Source: Myxococcota bacterium | GTDB lineage: Bacteria > Myxococcota > XYA12-FULL-58-9 > JALHOP01 | Reading direction: 5' to 3' | DNA length: 59,260 nucleotides | Assembly: GCA_041288095.1 (NCBI GenBank) | Contig: JBGGMJ010000126.1 | Coordinates: 1-59,260, forward strand | Shown here: positions 19,955 through 29,395 of the stretch, piece after piece | How positions within the stretch are numbered: position 1 is the stretch's first letter | Layout: every line of letters begins with the position of its first letter | Position numbers and translations under genes: made by a program | Notes under the pieces: generated by a model | Told to the model about the DNA's origin: nothing | Database searches by the model: none | Seen by the model: only the letters and a program-made list of their open reading frames with translations

Positions 19955-20989
19955 GTGACGGCGCTGCTGGCAATTGCCTTCGCTCTCGGCGCGCCCCCCA
20001 CACCAGAGCGCGCGGTGTTGCTCGTGCGCATGGGCCAATGTTGTGCCGCGGAGGCCCACGTGCGCGTTGAAAAAATGGTCGTGGCCGAGCTCGAGGCGCT
20101 CGACATCAAGGTCGTGCAAGTGGACGGGCAAGCGACCGGCGAGCGCGAGCGGCGCATCGAGCTCGCGTTGTTCGCCGAGGACCACAAGGCGCTGGCCGCG
20201 CTACGCATCGTGAGGTCGGAAGGGGAGCTGCTCGCCGAGGTATGGGTTCGCCAGGAGACGCTCGGTCGACCCATCTTCAAGCGTCTTGCGTTGCCCGCTA
20301 CAGGTCCGGAGGAGTCCGCGTCGATCGCGGCGCTGCGCGTCACCGAGTTGCTGCGCGTTCGCGCCGTGGACGAACAACCCGTCGTCGAGGATCGCAGCGC
20401 CGAGCCTCCACCTGAGCGCGCGCCGGAGCTCATCACGCCGGCACCCGCGCCAGCTCCGGCCCCGGAAGCGCCGCGTTCATGGAGCGTCCGCGCCGGAGTC
20501 ACGATGCTGGTCATGCCGGGAGGCATCGGACCAGCCGGCGGGTTCATGTTGGCCGTCCGCAAGGATCGTCTGCTCGGCAGGGCGGCGCTCGAGATCGATG
20601 GCTGGGCCTCGGTGATTGGCACACGCGTACGACGCGACGAGGCCTCGGCGTCGATGCAGCTCGCTGGCGCACGTGCCTTCGTGCTGTGGCCATGGACCCT
20701 CGGTGCAATCGAGTGGAGCGCGGGAGCCGGGACGGGTGTGCTGTTCGCATCAGCGAGCGGCGACGATGCGCCGCGCTTGTACGCGTCAGAGCGCGCGAGC
20801 GATGCAACCGGCTACGTCGGAGCAACACTCCAGGCGATGGTGCCGCTGAGTGAGCGCCTGCGCCTGCGGGCAGCGACTGATCTCGGCATGACCTTCTCCG
20901 AAATTCAGGTCGAGTTTGCGGGAGAACCCGTAGCGACGCTGGGGCGCCCCCTGTGGGGAAGCCACCTCGCGGTGGAGGTTGCGTTTTGA
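19955..20989 (+). CDS. Hypothetical exported protein with C-terminal beta-barrel-like region
   Basis: Signal-like N-terminus, Pro-rich linker and Gly-rich amphipathic strands ending in F. Confidence 0.7.
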   Translation: MTALLAIAFALGAPPTPERAVLLVRMGQCCAAEAHVRVEKMVVAELEALDIKVVQVDGQATGERERRIELALFAEDHKALAALRIVRSEGELLAEVWVRQETLGRPIFKRLALPATGPEESASIAALRVTELLRVRAVDEQPVVEDRSAEPPPERAPELITPAPAPAPAPEAPRSWSVRAGVTMLVMPGGIGPAGGFMLAVRKDRLLGRAALEIDGWASVIGTRVRRDEASASMQLAGARAFVLWPWTLGAIEWSAGAGTGVLFASASGDDAPRLYASERASDATGYVGATLQAMVPLSERLRLRAATDLGMTFSEIQVEFAGEPVATLGRPLWGSHLAVEVAF

Positions 20990-21744
20990 GATACCTTCGC
21001 GTTGCGTCCACCGTCGTGCTGCTGGCCGCGCTCGTTGGTTGCGGCAGCTCCGTGCTCGATCCGTATGCCGCGCTGGAAGATGACTCCCTCATCGCCTACT
21101 GGCCGTTCGACAGCGACGCACGCGACTTCTCGCCCAGCGGGTTTCACGGACAGCTTCAAGGCAACGCCGCGATCGTCGCGGACGCGCCCGTAGTGCAGTT
21201 CACCAATAACGGCGCGCTCCTCCTCGACGGCACCGGTGATTGGGTCGAGTGCGGCGACGTCCTCGACATGGGAGTGAATGACCTCACCGTCGCGGCTTGG
21301 ATCAAGCTCGCCGTCGGAGGCACACCCGGCATCATCGCGAGCAAGGGGGGGCTGTGGTCCGGCGTCGCGGCTTGGGGCGTCGCGGCCAACTACAGCACGG
21401 CGAACGTCGAGGCCTACCTGCGCGGGAGCAGCACGACCTACATTCTGTCGGGGAGCGATGGCGCCTCCCTCGGTGACCACGGGTGGCATCACGTCGCCTT
21501 CGTCTTCGACCGAGATGGCTTGCTCACACGTTATGTCGACGGAACGCCTTCCGGCTCGGCCACGAACCTGAGCGCGCTCGCGGGGATGACCATCGACAAC
21601 CCCGAGCCGTTGCGCATCGGTGACCGCGACGCGGCGAGCGGCACCGAGCCCTGGCCCGGCCAGATCGACGATCTGCGTGTGTATTCCCGCGTCTTGGACG
21701 GAGCGGAGGTAGCGCGCCTCGCGCAAGGGCTGGCATCGCCCTGA
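20986..21744 (+). CDS. LamG/concanavalin-A-like domain lipoprotein
   Basis: LVGC lipobox, AYWPFD, TVAAWIK, WHHVAFVFD and GQIDDLRVYSRVL. TTG start overlaps the upstream stop; GGAGG RBS. Confidence 0.85.
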   Translation: MRYLRVASTVVLLAALVGCGSSVLDPYAALEDDSLIAYWPFDSDARDFSPSGFHGQLQGNAAIVADAPVVQFTNNGALLLDGTGDWVECGDVLDMGVNDLTVAAWIKLAVGGTPGIIASKGGLWSGVAAWGVAANYSTANVEAYLRGSSTTYILSGSDGASLGDHGWHHVAFVFDRDGLLTRYVDGTPSGSATNLSALAGMTIDNPEPLRIGDRDAASGTEPWPGQIDDLRVYSRVLDGAEVARLAQGLASP

Positions 21745-21756
21745 CCGTCGCTTTTT

Positions 21757-21785
21757 CTGACACCCATTTCACACCCACGGCACCT
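21757..21785 (+). promoter_or_regulatory. Putative ECF promoter CTGACACCCA-N15-ACCT (cassette 1 target)
   Basis: Matches 18082..18110. GTG 21793 lies 7 nt downstream and lacks an RBS, consistent with a leaderless start. Confidence 0.5.
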
Positions 21786-21792
21786 ACCTGGT

Positions 21793-24156
21793 GTGAAGGC
21801 GTTGGCGTTCGTTCTTTTCTTCGCGTCGGTGACTCTGCCGGCTGCGCCCGCACGCGCTAATCTCCCACCCGAAGTCGTGGTTCAGGCGCCCGTCACCGAG
21901 GTGTGGATCGGGCAGTCGGTCGGGCTCGATGCGAGCGGGTCGTTCGATCCCGAAGGTAGTCCCTTGTCCTACACCTGGGACTTTGACGACGGCACCATGG
22001 GAAGCGGCGCCAAGCCGTCGCACGTGTTTGCTCGGGCGCGGCTCCACAACGTGCGCGTCATCGCGAGCGACGGCCTCACGACGGCCGAGGCGCGCATCGA
22101 GATCGTGGTGCTCGCGCCGCCGAGCGCCGCCAAAGCGACGTCGAGCTCGCCCATCGCGTTGGGGTTCGCGGACCGCGAGCTCTGGGTCGCCAACGCCGAC
22201 GCCGGCAGCGTGTCGCTCGTCGAGCTGCGCGTCGGCAACAGGGTCACCGAGCTCCCAGTGGGCGCCTCACCGCGGACCTTGGCGCTCAATGCCGACCACA
22301 CGCGTCTGTACGTTGCGTGCCGAGACAGTGATGCGGTCTGGGCCATCGACACGGCGACGCGGACAGTGATCGGTAGCCGTCGTACGGGAAGCGCTCCGCA
22401 TGGTGTCACTGTCGCCAATGACGGACACGTGCTGGTGAGTCACGAGGCTGGTGGCGAGCTCGTGGTGCTCGACGCCGAGCTCTCGCCGCTCGGTCGCGTC
22501 GCCCTGGCTGACAACCCGCGCGCGCTCGCGAGTGACGCGGATGGCAAGCGCGCCTATGTCACCCACTTTCTCACGCGAGGGTCGGTGGGGAAGGTGACGG
22601 TCGTCGATCTTGCGCACGTATCGATCGAGGCGGTGTTCGAGCTCGCGCACGACCCCGGGCCCGACACGCGCTCCTCGGGACGCGGCTACCCGAACCTGCT
22701 TGGCGCCGTCGCCGTCGCTCCAGCGGGCGACATGCTGTGGATCGGGGGCCTCAAGTCCAACACGGAGCGTGGGCTTTTTCTGGATGGCACCCCCCTCGAT
22801 CCGGAGAATCGCCTGCGCGGTGTGCTCTTGCCGGTCGATCTCACGAGCGGCACCGAGCTCCTCACGCGTCGCATCGACACCAACGACGCCGACAGCGTGT
22901 CCGCCATTGGCTTCTCGCCGAACGGCCGCTACGCGTACCTCGCCCATCAGGGCGCGGGCACGTTATCTGTCTACGACTTACCGCGCATCGCTCTGAACGG
23001 GGGTGGCGACGGCGATACCCCCGCATTCACCGCGCGGGTCGCGGTAGGCGAAGCGCCCAATGGCATCGCGGTGTCGTCCGACGGGCGCCGCGTCTATGTG
23101 GCGAGCTCGTTATCGCGGAGTGTCTTCGTGCTCGACGCGAGCGATCCGCGCAGCCCAACGGTGCTGAGCGAGATTGCGGTGAGCCCGGAGCCGCTTGCGC
23201 CCGCCATTGCGCTCGGCAAGCGGCTCTTCCACCGCAGCACCGAGCCCATGCACTCGGCGCAGAACTACATCGCGTGCGCCTCTTGCCATCCGGATGGCGG
23301 TCAAGACGGCCGGACGTGGGATTTCACCCAGGCCGGCGAAGGTCTGCGTAACACCATCGATCTTCGCGGCCGCGCGGGGCTTGGTCACGGGCCGGTCCAC
23401 TGGACCGCGAACTTCGACGAGATCCAGGACTTCGAGAACGACATTGTGCACGGTTTTGGCGGCGAGGGCTTGGCGCATGACGGCGCGCAGCCGTACCCGC
23501 CCCTGGGGACATCACCAAACGCCGGACGCAGCATCGAGCTCGATGCACTCGCCGCCTACGTGTCGTCGCTCGCGACGTTTCCGAAGACCCCACACCGATC
23601 CAGCGACGGCGCGCTCTCAGAGCCCGCGCGGCGAGGCAAAGCCCTGTTCTACGACCCGACGACCGGATGCGCGGGGTGCCACGCTCCGCCGCGCTTCACT
23701 GACAGTACGCTCACCGCCGATCCGGCCAACTTCGCGCTGCATGACGTCGGCACCTGGACGCCCGCAAGTGGGGAAGGGCGCGGATCGAGCTACGTTGGCT
23801 TCGATGTCCCGACCCTGCTGGGAGTCTTCGCGACGGCTCCCTATCTGCACGACGGCAGCGCACCGACGCTCCGCGATGTTCTGACGAACCGTAACCCGAG
23901 CAACACGCATGGCGTGACCTCGCACTTGAGTCACACGGAGCTCGACGACCTCGTGGCGTTCCTCATGGCGCTCGACGGCCGGCCAGACGAGCTGCCGGAT
24001 GATGTCGTGCCCGAGGAGTCGTCCGCCATCGCGGGCTGCCACGCGACGGCGTCCGCTCCTGGGGTGTGGATCGAGGCGTTGGTTGGAGTGGTGTTCATGC
24101 GCGGCAAGCGCTGGAGGAACAAGCATGCAAGCACATCGCGTAACTCAATGGCTTAG
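21793..24156 (+). CDS. PKD + YVTN beta-propeller + di-heme cytochrome c (peroxidase-like) protein
   Basis: Signal peptide, PKD domain (LDASGSFDPEG..LSYTWDFDDG), YVTN-type repeats, CASCH and CAGCH heme motifs, PTLLG...TAPYLHDGSA, and a GC-hydrophobic-basic tail. Confidence 0.85.
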   Translation: MKALAFVLFFASVTLPAAPARANLPPEVVVQAPVTEVWIGQSVGLDASGSFDPEGSPLSYTWDFDDGTMGSGAKPSHVFARARLHNVRVIASDGLTTAEARIEIVVLAPPSAAKATSSSPIALGFADRELWVANADAGSVSLVELRVGNRVTELPVGASPRTLALNADHTRLYVACRDSDAVWAIDTATRTVIGSRRTGSAPHGVTVANDGHVLVSHEAGGELVVLDAELSPLGRVALADNPRALASDADGKRAYVTHFLTRGSVGKVTVVDLAHVSIEAVFELAHDPGPDTRSSGRGYPNLLGAVAVAPAGDMLWIGGLKSNTERGLFLDGTPLDPENRLRGVLLPVDLTSGTELLTRRIDTNDADSVSAIGFSPNGRYAYLAHQGAGTLSVYDLPRIALNGGGDGDTPAFTARVAVGEAPNGIAVSSDGRRVYVASSLSRSVFVLDASDPRSPTVLSEIAVSPEPLAPAIALGKRLFHRSTEPMHSAQNYIACASCHPDGGQDGRTWDFTQAGEGLRNTIDLRGRAGLGHGPVHWTANFDEIQDFENDIVHGFGGEGLAHDGAQPYPPLGTSPNAGRSIELDALAAYVSSLATFPKTPHRSSDGALSEPARRGKALFYDPTTGCAGCHAPPRFTDSTLTADPANFALHDVGTWTPASGEGRGSSYVGFDVPTLLGVFATAPYLHDGSAPTLRDVLTNRNPSNTHGVTSHLSHTELDDLVAFLMALDGRPDELPDDVVPEESSAIAGCHATASAPGVWIEALVGVVFMRGKRWRNKHASTSRNSMA

Positions 24157-27100
24157 CTTGACGGTGTGCCTGGCGAGCACGGCGCCTGCGCATGCACAGA
24201 CAGCCTGGCCCGGCTTTATCTCGCTCGGCGATGAGCTCCGTACGGACACCTTCAAGTTCACCGGCTCGAATCCCGAGGCGGTAAACACCAACGAGAACTA
24301 CTACGACGGCGACTTTGCCGACCTGGATGGGGATGGCTTGCCTGATCGCGCCCTCGGGTCGCGTTACGGCCTGCTCTTCAACACCGGTGGTGGAGTGATG
24401 ACGACCTTCGCCGGCCGGACCGGTTTTCTCCTGCGGGGCATGAGTGGCGCCGCGGGGTGGGGCGAAGACATGTTCCAGTGGTTGGACGCCGACAACGACG
24501 GAGACTTCGATGTCTTGTCGGGTGGCAACTTCGAACCGCTGGTCTTGCAAACCAATCGAGCCGGTAAGTTCTCCACCAAGTGGAGCAAGACCGGCGGAGG
24601 CACCAGCGCCATCCACGTCACGCTCACCGATATCGAGCGCGATGGCGATGTCGATTTCGTCGTCATCGACGGTGCCCAGTTTGCAAAAAACATTGGGCTG
24701 TGGGTCAACGACGGTGCCGGCAACTTCACCCGCGAAGATGCCGCGCGTGGCTTGTCCAGCCTCGACGGGAAAGGACTCGAGGGCTCGGTCGCGGGCGACA
24801 TCGACAACGACGGCGACTTCGACCTGATCATCAACTCCAGTGAAGATCGCAGCGTCGGCGTCGAGAAACTATTCTACGTATGCCGCAACAACGGCAGTGG
24901 GCACTTCGCGATCAGCACTCTCAGCTTCGCGACACCCTACACGGGCGCGGCGTCTGGGGCCTCGGCGTTTTATCAGACGATGAACTTGGGTGACATCGAT
25001 GACGACGGCGACCTGGACCTGGTCATGGCGTCAGGAGGCAAGGCGACGAATCTCGGCGCGCATCCTCTCGTCGCCCACGTGGTCTTCATCAACAACGGGC
25101 AGGGAACCTACCACGAAGACAGCGCCAACCGCTGGGAGCTCGGCAGCCTCGACGTACAAGCGCGCTTCGGTACGCCTCGCATCCATGCCAACAGCGGCAA
25201 GCTGTTCGACGTCGACTATGACGGCGACCTCGACTTCGTGACCTTCTCCGAGGGCGACGGGAACGTCAGCGTGTTTCTGAATGATGGCGTCGGAGTATTC
25301 TATTACGACGACCTCGTGTCGATGGTGGTGCCCACCAAGCCCACGGCGGGTTTCGTCGGCGAAGACCTCGACGTCACCGATCTGGACGGCGACGGCACCT
25401 ACGACCTCTGGGTCGGTATCGGCGGCTGGCAGGCGCGCATCTTGCTCAATCAGTACGCAAGAGCGGATGGCACGCGGGCAGACCTGCCGCGCAATCTGCG
25501 TGTCGTATCGGCGACCAGCGCCGGCGTTACGCTGGCGTGGGCGCCGCCCGCCTTCGCGGCCACCATGCGCTCCTACAACGTCTACCGCGCCACGGCGCCA
25601 GGCCTCGAGGACGGTGACCGCGCGCTCATCAAGCGCGTGACCCTCTCGCGTCACGGTGACGAAACATTCTTCGCGCCAATCACCCGGCACACCACGACCG
25701 CGTCCCTGCGCGACCCGGATGTGACGCTGAGCTCTGGGACGGTTCAGTTCATCGATCGAACCGCGCGGCCGGGCATCCGCTACTATTACACCGTCAGCCA
25801 CGTCGGCACCGAGAACACCGTGAGCAAGCAGACCGCCGAGGTCGCCGCCATGAGCCCCGCGGCGGCCGGCGCCGACACGCAAGGCCCGACGATCCACATT
25901 CATGGTCCGACGACACAAAGCTGGCAGCCCTATGCGCGCCCCGTGGTTCATCTCGGCGACGCGACCGGTGTCGATCTCAGCACTCTTCACGTCAGCTTCG
26001 ACCGCGCGCTCGGTGGCATGGCGGCGGGCACGAACATCGCGGCGATGGCGCAGCGATCAGACGCCGGGGTATGGCTCGCGGCGCTGCGGCCGCCATTCGT
26101 GCTGCCCGGCAACGGAGCCGCGACGCTGACCGTCCGCGTCGCCGACACCGTGGGCAACGTGGCGACGCAGCAGGTCACGTTCGCCGTGGGAGCTTCGCCT
26201 ACGAGCCCACCGCAAGCCGCCATCACCGCTGGCCCTCTCACGAGCGGTGATCCTCCACTCACCGTGAGCTTCGATGGCAGCGGCAGCACCGACAACGATC
26301 GTCTCTTTCGCTGGGAGTGGTACTTCGGCGACGGCAGCACGGCGACGGGGCGCCAAGTCTCCCATACGTACATCAGCGGGGGCAGCTACACGGCGATGCT
26401 CCTCGTGCGCGACAACGAAGGTGGTGTCGCGACCGCGACGCAACAGATCACGGTCTCTGGAGGCGGCGCGCCTTGCACCAGCGGGACGCAGAGGAGCTGC
26501 TATACCGGACCTCTCGGAACGGACGGGACGGGCCTTTGCGCCGCCGGCACGCAGCACTGCTTGCAAGGCGTTTGGGGCGTCTGCCACGGCGAGATCACGC
26601 CCGCCCTCGAGTTGTGCGACGGTGAAGACAACGACTGCAACGGCACGGTGGACGAATCGTGGCCGCAGCTCGGCGCGAGCTGCGGCAGCGGCGTCGGCGC
26701 TTGCGTGAGCCAAGGGCAGTGGGTGTGCAACGGAACGTTCGCGGCGTGCGATGCCCAGACGATCGCACCGCGTACCGAACTTTGCGACGGCCACGTCGAC
26801 GAAAACTGCAACGGCGCCGTGGACGACGGCTGCCCCTGCAGCAGCGGCGAGACGCGTGGCTGCTATGGCGGGCCGCTCGGAACGGCGAGCGTCGGCATCT
26901 GCGTGAGCGGCGCCCAGGGTTGCTCGCAGTCGGGTACGTGGGGCTTGTGCGCCGGGCAGGTATTGCCCGCGCCCGCCGAGGATTGCGGCGACTCGCTCGA
27001 CAACGACTGCGACGGCCATGTCGATGGCGACGACGCCCCGGAATGCACTGGTGGCGCTGGACCGCCGGGCAGCGACCTCGCGAGCGCAGGCTCTGACGCG

Positions 27101-27211
27101 TTGCTCGGCGACAATGCGGTGCTTGGTGGCTGCGGCGCGGCGATGGGCGGCGAGGGCTGGCTCGTTGGCCTCTTCATGGTGCTGAGACGTCGACGCCGCC
27201 GAGCTCTCTGA
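24125..27211 (+). CDS. FG-GAP/VCBS-repeat surface protein with Fn3, PKD, Cys-rich repeats and MYXO-CTERM-like tail
   Basis: Repeated DxDxDGDxD motifs, PKD domain (WYFGDG), ELCDGEDNDCNG repeats and GGC...WLVGLFMVLRRRRRR. ATG 24125 follows GGAGG. Confidence 0.85.
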   Translation: MQAHRVTQWLSLTVCLASTAPAHAQTAWPGFISLGDELRTDTFKFTGSNPEAVNTNENYYDGDFADLDGDGLPDRALGSRYGLLFNTGGGVMTTFAGRTGFLLRGMSGAAGWGEDMFQWLDADNDGDFDVLSGGNFEPLVLQTNRAGKFSTKWSKTGGGTSAIHVTLTDIERDGDVDFVVIDGAQFAKNIGLWVNDGAGNFTREDAARGLSSLDGKGLEGSVAGDIDNDGDFDLIINSSEDRSVGVEKLFYVCRNNGSGHFAISTLSFATPYTGAASGASAFYQTMNLGDIDDDGDLDLVMASGGKATNLGAHPLVAHVVFINNGQGTYHEDSANRWELGSLDVQARFGTPRIHANSGKLFDVDYDGDLDFVTFSEGDGNVSVFLNDGVGVFYYDDLVSMVVPTKPTAGFVGEDLDVTDLDGDGTYDLWVGIGGWQARILLNQYARADGTRADLPRNLRVVSATSAGVTLAWAPPAFAATMRSYNVYRATAPGLEDGDRALIKRVTLSRHGDETFFAPITRHTTTASLRDPDVTLSSGTVQFIDRTARPGIRYYYTVSHVGTENTVSKQTAEVAAMSPAAAGADTQGPTIHIHGPTTQSWQPYARPVVHLGDATGVDLSTLHVSFDRALGGMAAGTNIAAMAQRSDAGVWLAALRPPFVLPGNGAATLTVRVADTVGNVATQQVTFAVGASPTSPPQAAITAGPLTSGDPPLTVSFDGSGSTDNDRLFRWEWYFGDGSTATGRQVSHTYISGGSYTAMLLVRDNEGGVATATQQITVSGGGAPCTSGTQRSCYTGPLGTDGTGLCAAGTQHCLQGVWGVCHGEITPALELCDGEDNDCNGTVDESWPQLGASCGSGVGACVSQGQWVCNGTFAACDAQTIAPRTELCDGHVDENCNGAVDDGCPCSSGETRGCYGGPLGTASVGICVSGAQGCSQSGTWGLCAGQVLPAPAEDCGDSLDNDCDGHVDGDDAPECTGGAGPPGSDLASAGSDALLGDNAVLGGCGAAMGGEGWLVGLFMVLRRRRRRAL

Positions 27212-27212
27212 G

Positions 27213-28097
27213 CTAGATCCAGCCGCCAGCGCGCAGCACCTCGCGCAGCTTCTCGCGATTGGGCGCGGTCATTTCGACCAGCGGCAGGCGCAAAGCGTCG
27301 GTGAGCCGCCCCATCATCGACAGCGCCGCCTTTGCCGGGATCGGGTTCGACTCCCAGAAGAGCGCCATGCAGATGTCGCGGAGCTTCGCGTGCATTTCGC
27401 GCGCCTTCGCGGCGTCTCCACGCAACGCGTGCGCGACCATCTCCGCGGTCTCTTTCGGGACCACATTCGAGATGACACTGATGACGCCGTGCCCACCCAT
27501 GAGGGTGAAAGCGCAGGCGGTCGCGTCTTCGCCGGACAGCTGGGTGAAGCTTTTCGAGACACCGCGGGCGGTGACGGTGACGCGGTCGAGGTCGCTGGTC
27601 GCGTCTTTGACGGCGACGATGCGTGGGTGCTGAGCGAGCTTCATGACCGTCTCCGGCTTCAAGTCGATGCCGGTTCGTGGCGGTACGTTATAGAGGACGC
27701 TAGGGATGTCGACCGCGTCGGCGACGGCGGTGAAGTGGCGCACCATGCCGTCTTGCGTGGGCTTGTTGTAGAACGGCGTCACGACGAGCGCGTGCGATGC
27801 GCCCAGGTCCTTCACGCGCTTCTGGTTCTCGATGGTGACGTTGGTGGCGTTCGAGCCGGTGCCGGCGATAACGGGGACGCGACCGTTGACGCGCTTCACC
27901 ACGCGGGACACCACGGTGTCGCGCTCTTCGAGCGAAAGTGTCGCCGTCTCGCCGGTGGTGCCGCAGGGGACGAGGCCGGTGATGCCCCCGGCGAGTTGCG
28001 CGTCCACGAGGGCATCGAGCGCGCCGAGGTCGAGCGAGCCGTCGCGGTTCATGGGGGTGACGAGCGCCGTGAAGGTGCCCGTGAGAGGTGTGCTCAT
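27213..28097 (-). CDS. dapA: 4-hydroxy-tetrahydrodipicolinate synthase
   Basis: Motifs ALVTP, GTTGE, PFYNKP, YNVPPRTG, VKDA and ESNPIP. Confidence 0.96.
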   Translation of the reverse strand: MSTPLTGTFTALVTPMNRDGSLDLGALDALVDAQLAGGITGLVPCGTTGETATLSLEERDTVVSRVVKRVNGRVPVIAGTGSNATNVTIENQKRVKDLGASHALVVTPFYNKPTQDGMVRHFTAVADAVDIPSVLYNVPPRTGIDLKPETVMKLAQHPRIVAVKDATSDLDRVTVTARGVSKSFTQLSGEDATACAFTLMGGHGVISVISNVVPKETAEMVAHALRGDAAKAREMHAKLRDICMALFWESNPIPAKAALSMMGRLTDALRLPLVEMTAPNREKLREVLRAGGWI

Positions 28098-29383
28098 TGT
28101 GCGAACCCTTTTGGGAGGTGCTCGTCGTACGCCCGGCCGGTTGGCGAGCGCTCACCACGCCAAAGGTCGGCGAGGCTTTCGCGCTCGCGCACCAACACCG
28201 GATTGGCTCCGGTCACCAGGACCTCGGCCGCCCGCGGGCGCGCGTTGTAGTTCGAGCTCATGACGAAGCCATACGCTCCGGCGCTGCGAAAGACGAGTAG
28301 ATCGCCTTCGACGACCTTGGGCAGCGTGACATCCTTCGCGAAGGTGTCGCTGCTTTCGCACACCGGACCGACGATGGTGACCGTGGCGGCGTCTCCGCCT
28401 TCCACGACCTTCTCGATGGTGTGCTGCGCCTTGTAGAGGGCGGGGCGAATGAGGTCGTTCATGCCGGCGTCGACGATGACGAAGCGCCGGTCGGCCCCCT
28501 CTTTGACGCGGATGACGCGCGTGACGAGCACACCGGCGTTGCCGACAATGACACGCCCGGGCTCGAGGACGACGGTGAGCCCCAACGGCTTCAAGGTCTT
28601 GGCGAGCGCCGCGCCGTATTCGGCGGGAGAGGGCGGGTTGTCCGCCGCGGCGTACGGAATGCCCAAGCCACCGCCGATGCCGACGTAGGCGAGCGGCACC
28701 TTGCGCGCCAGCAGTGTCCGCGCGAGCTCGGCCACCTTGCCGGCGGCGTCGACGAAGGGACCGACGGTCGTGATCTGCGACCCGATGTGACAGGTCACAC
28801 CGACCATCGACACGCTCACCATCCCCATGCCGCGCTCGTACAGGGCCAGGGCCTCGCCATAGGGCACGCCGAACTTGTTCTCGCGCAGTCCGGTCGAGAT
28901 GTACGGATGGGTGACCGCGTCTACTTCGGGATTCACCCGCACCGAAACCCGCGCGGTGACACCGAGGCGGGCCGCCACCATGCCGACGGTTTCGAGCTCG
29001 GCGGTTGACTCGATGCTCACGTAGAGCACACCGGCTTTGAGAGCGGCTTCGATCTCGTCGGCGCGCTTGCCGACGCCGCTGACGATGATGCGTAGCGGGT
29101 CGACTCCGACTTTCAACGCGCGCGCCAGCTCACCGACCGAGACCGCATCGAGGCCGCAGCCGGTTTGCGCCAGAGTCTCGAGCACCGCGAGGTTGCCGTT
29201 GGCCTTGACGGCGTAACAGACGAGATGGGGCACGCCTTCGAGCGCCTCGAAGAGCACGCGCGCGTGGCGCTCGAGAGTTGCCCGGGAGTAGACGTACGTG
29301 GGGGTCCCGAACTGCTCCGCGATGGCGGTCAGGGACACGTCCTCGGCGAACAGCTCTCCGCCGTGGCGGACGAAGTGATCCAT
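28094..29383 (-). CDS. lysA: Diaminopimelate decarboxylase
   Basis: Motifs YAVKAN, HPYISTG...KFG, HIGSQ, GGGLG, EPGR, GPVCES.D and GAYG..MSSNYN. Confidence 0.96.
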   Translation of the reverse strand: MDHFVRHGGELFAEDVSLTAIAEQFGTPTYVYSRATLERHARVLFEALEGVPHLVCYAVKANGNLAVLETLAQTGCGLDAVSVGELARALKVGVDPLRIIVSGVGKRADEIEAALKAGVLYVSIESTAELETVGMVAARLGVTARVSVRVNPEVDAVTHPYISTGLRENKFGVPYGEALALYERGMGMVSVSMVGVTCHIGSQITTVGPFVDAAGKVAELARTLLARKVPLAYVGIGGGLGIPYAAADNPPSPAEYGAALAKTLKPLGLTVVLEPGRVIVGNAGVLVTRVIRVKEGADRRFVIVDAGMNDLIRPALYKAQHTIEKVVEGGDAATVTIVGPVCESSDTFAKDVTLPKVVEGDLLVFRSAGAYGFVMSSNYNARPRAAEVLVTGANPVLVRERESLADLWRGERSPTGRAYDEHLPKGFAQ

Positions 29384-29395
29384 ACAGCCGTTCTA

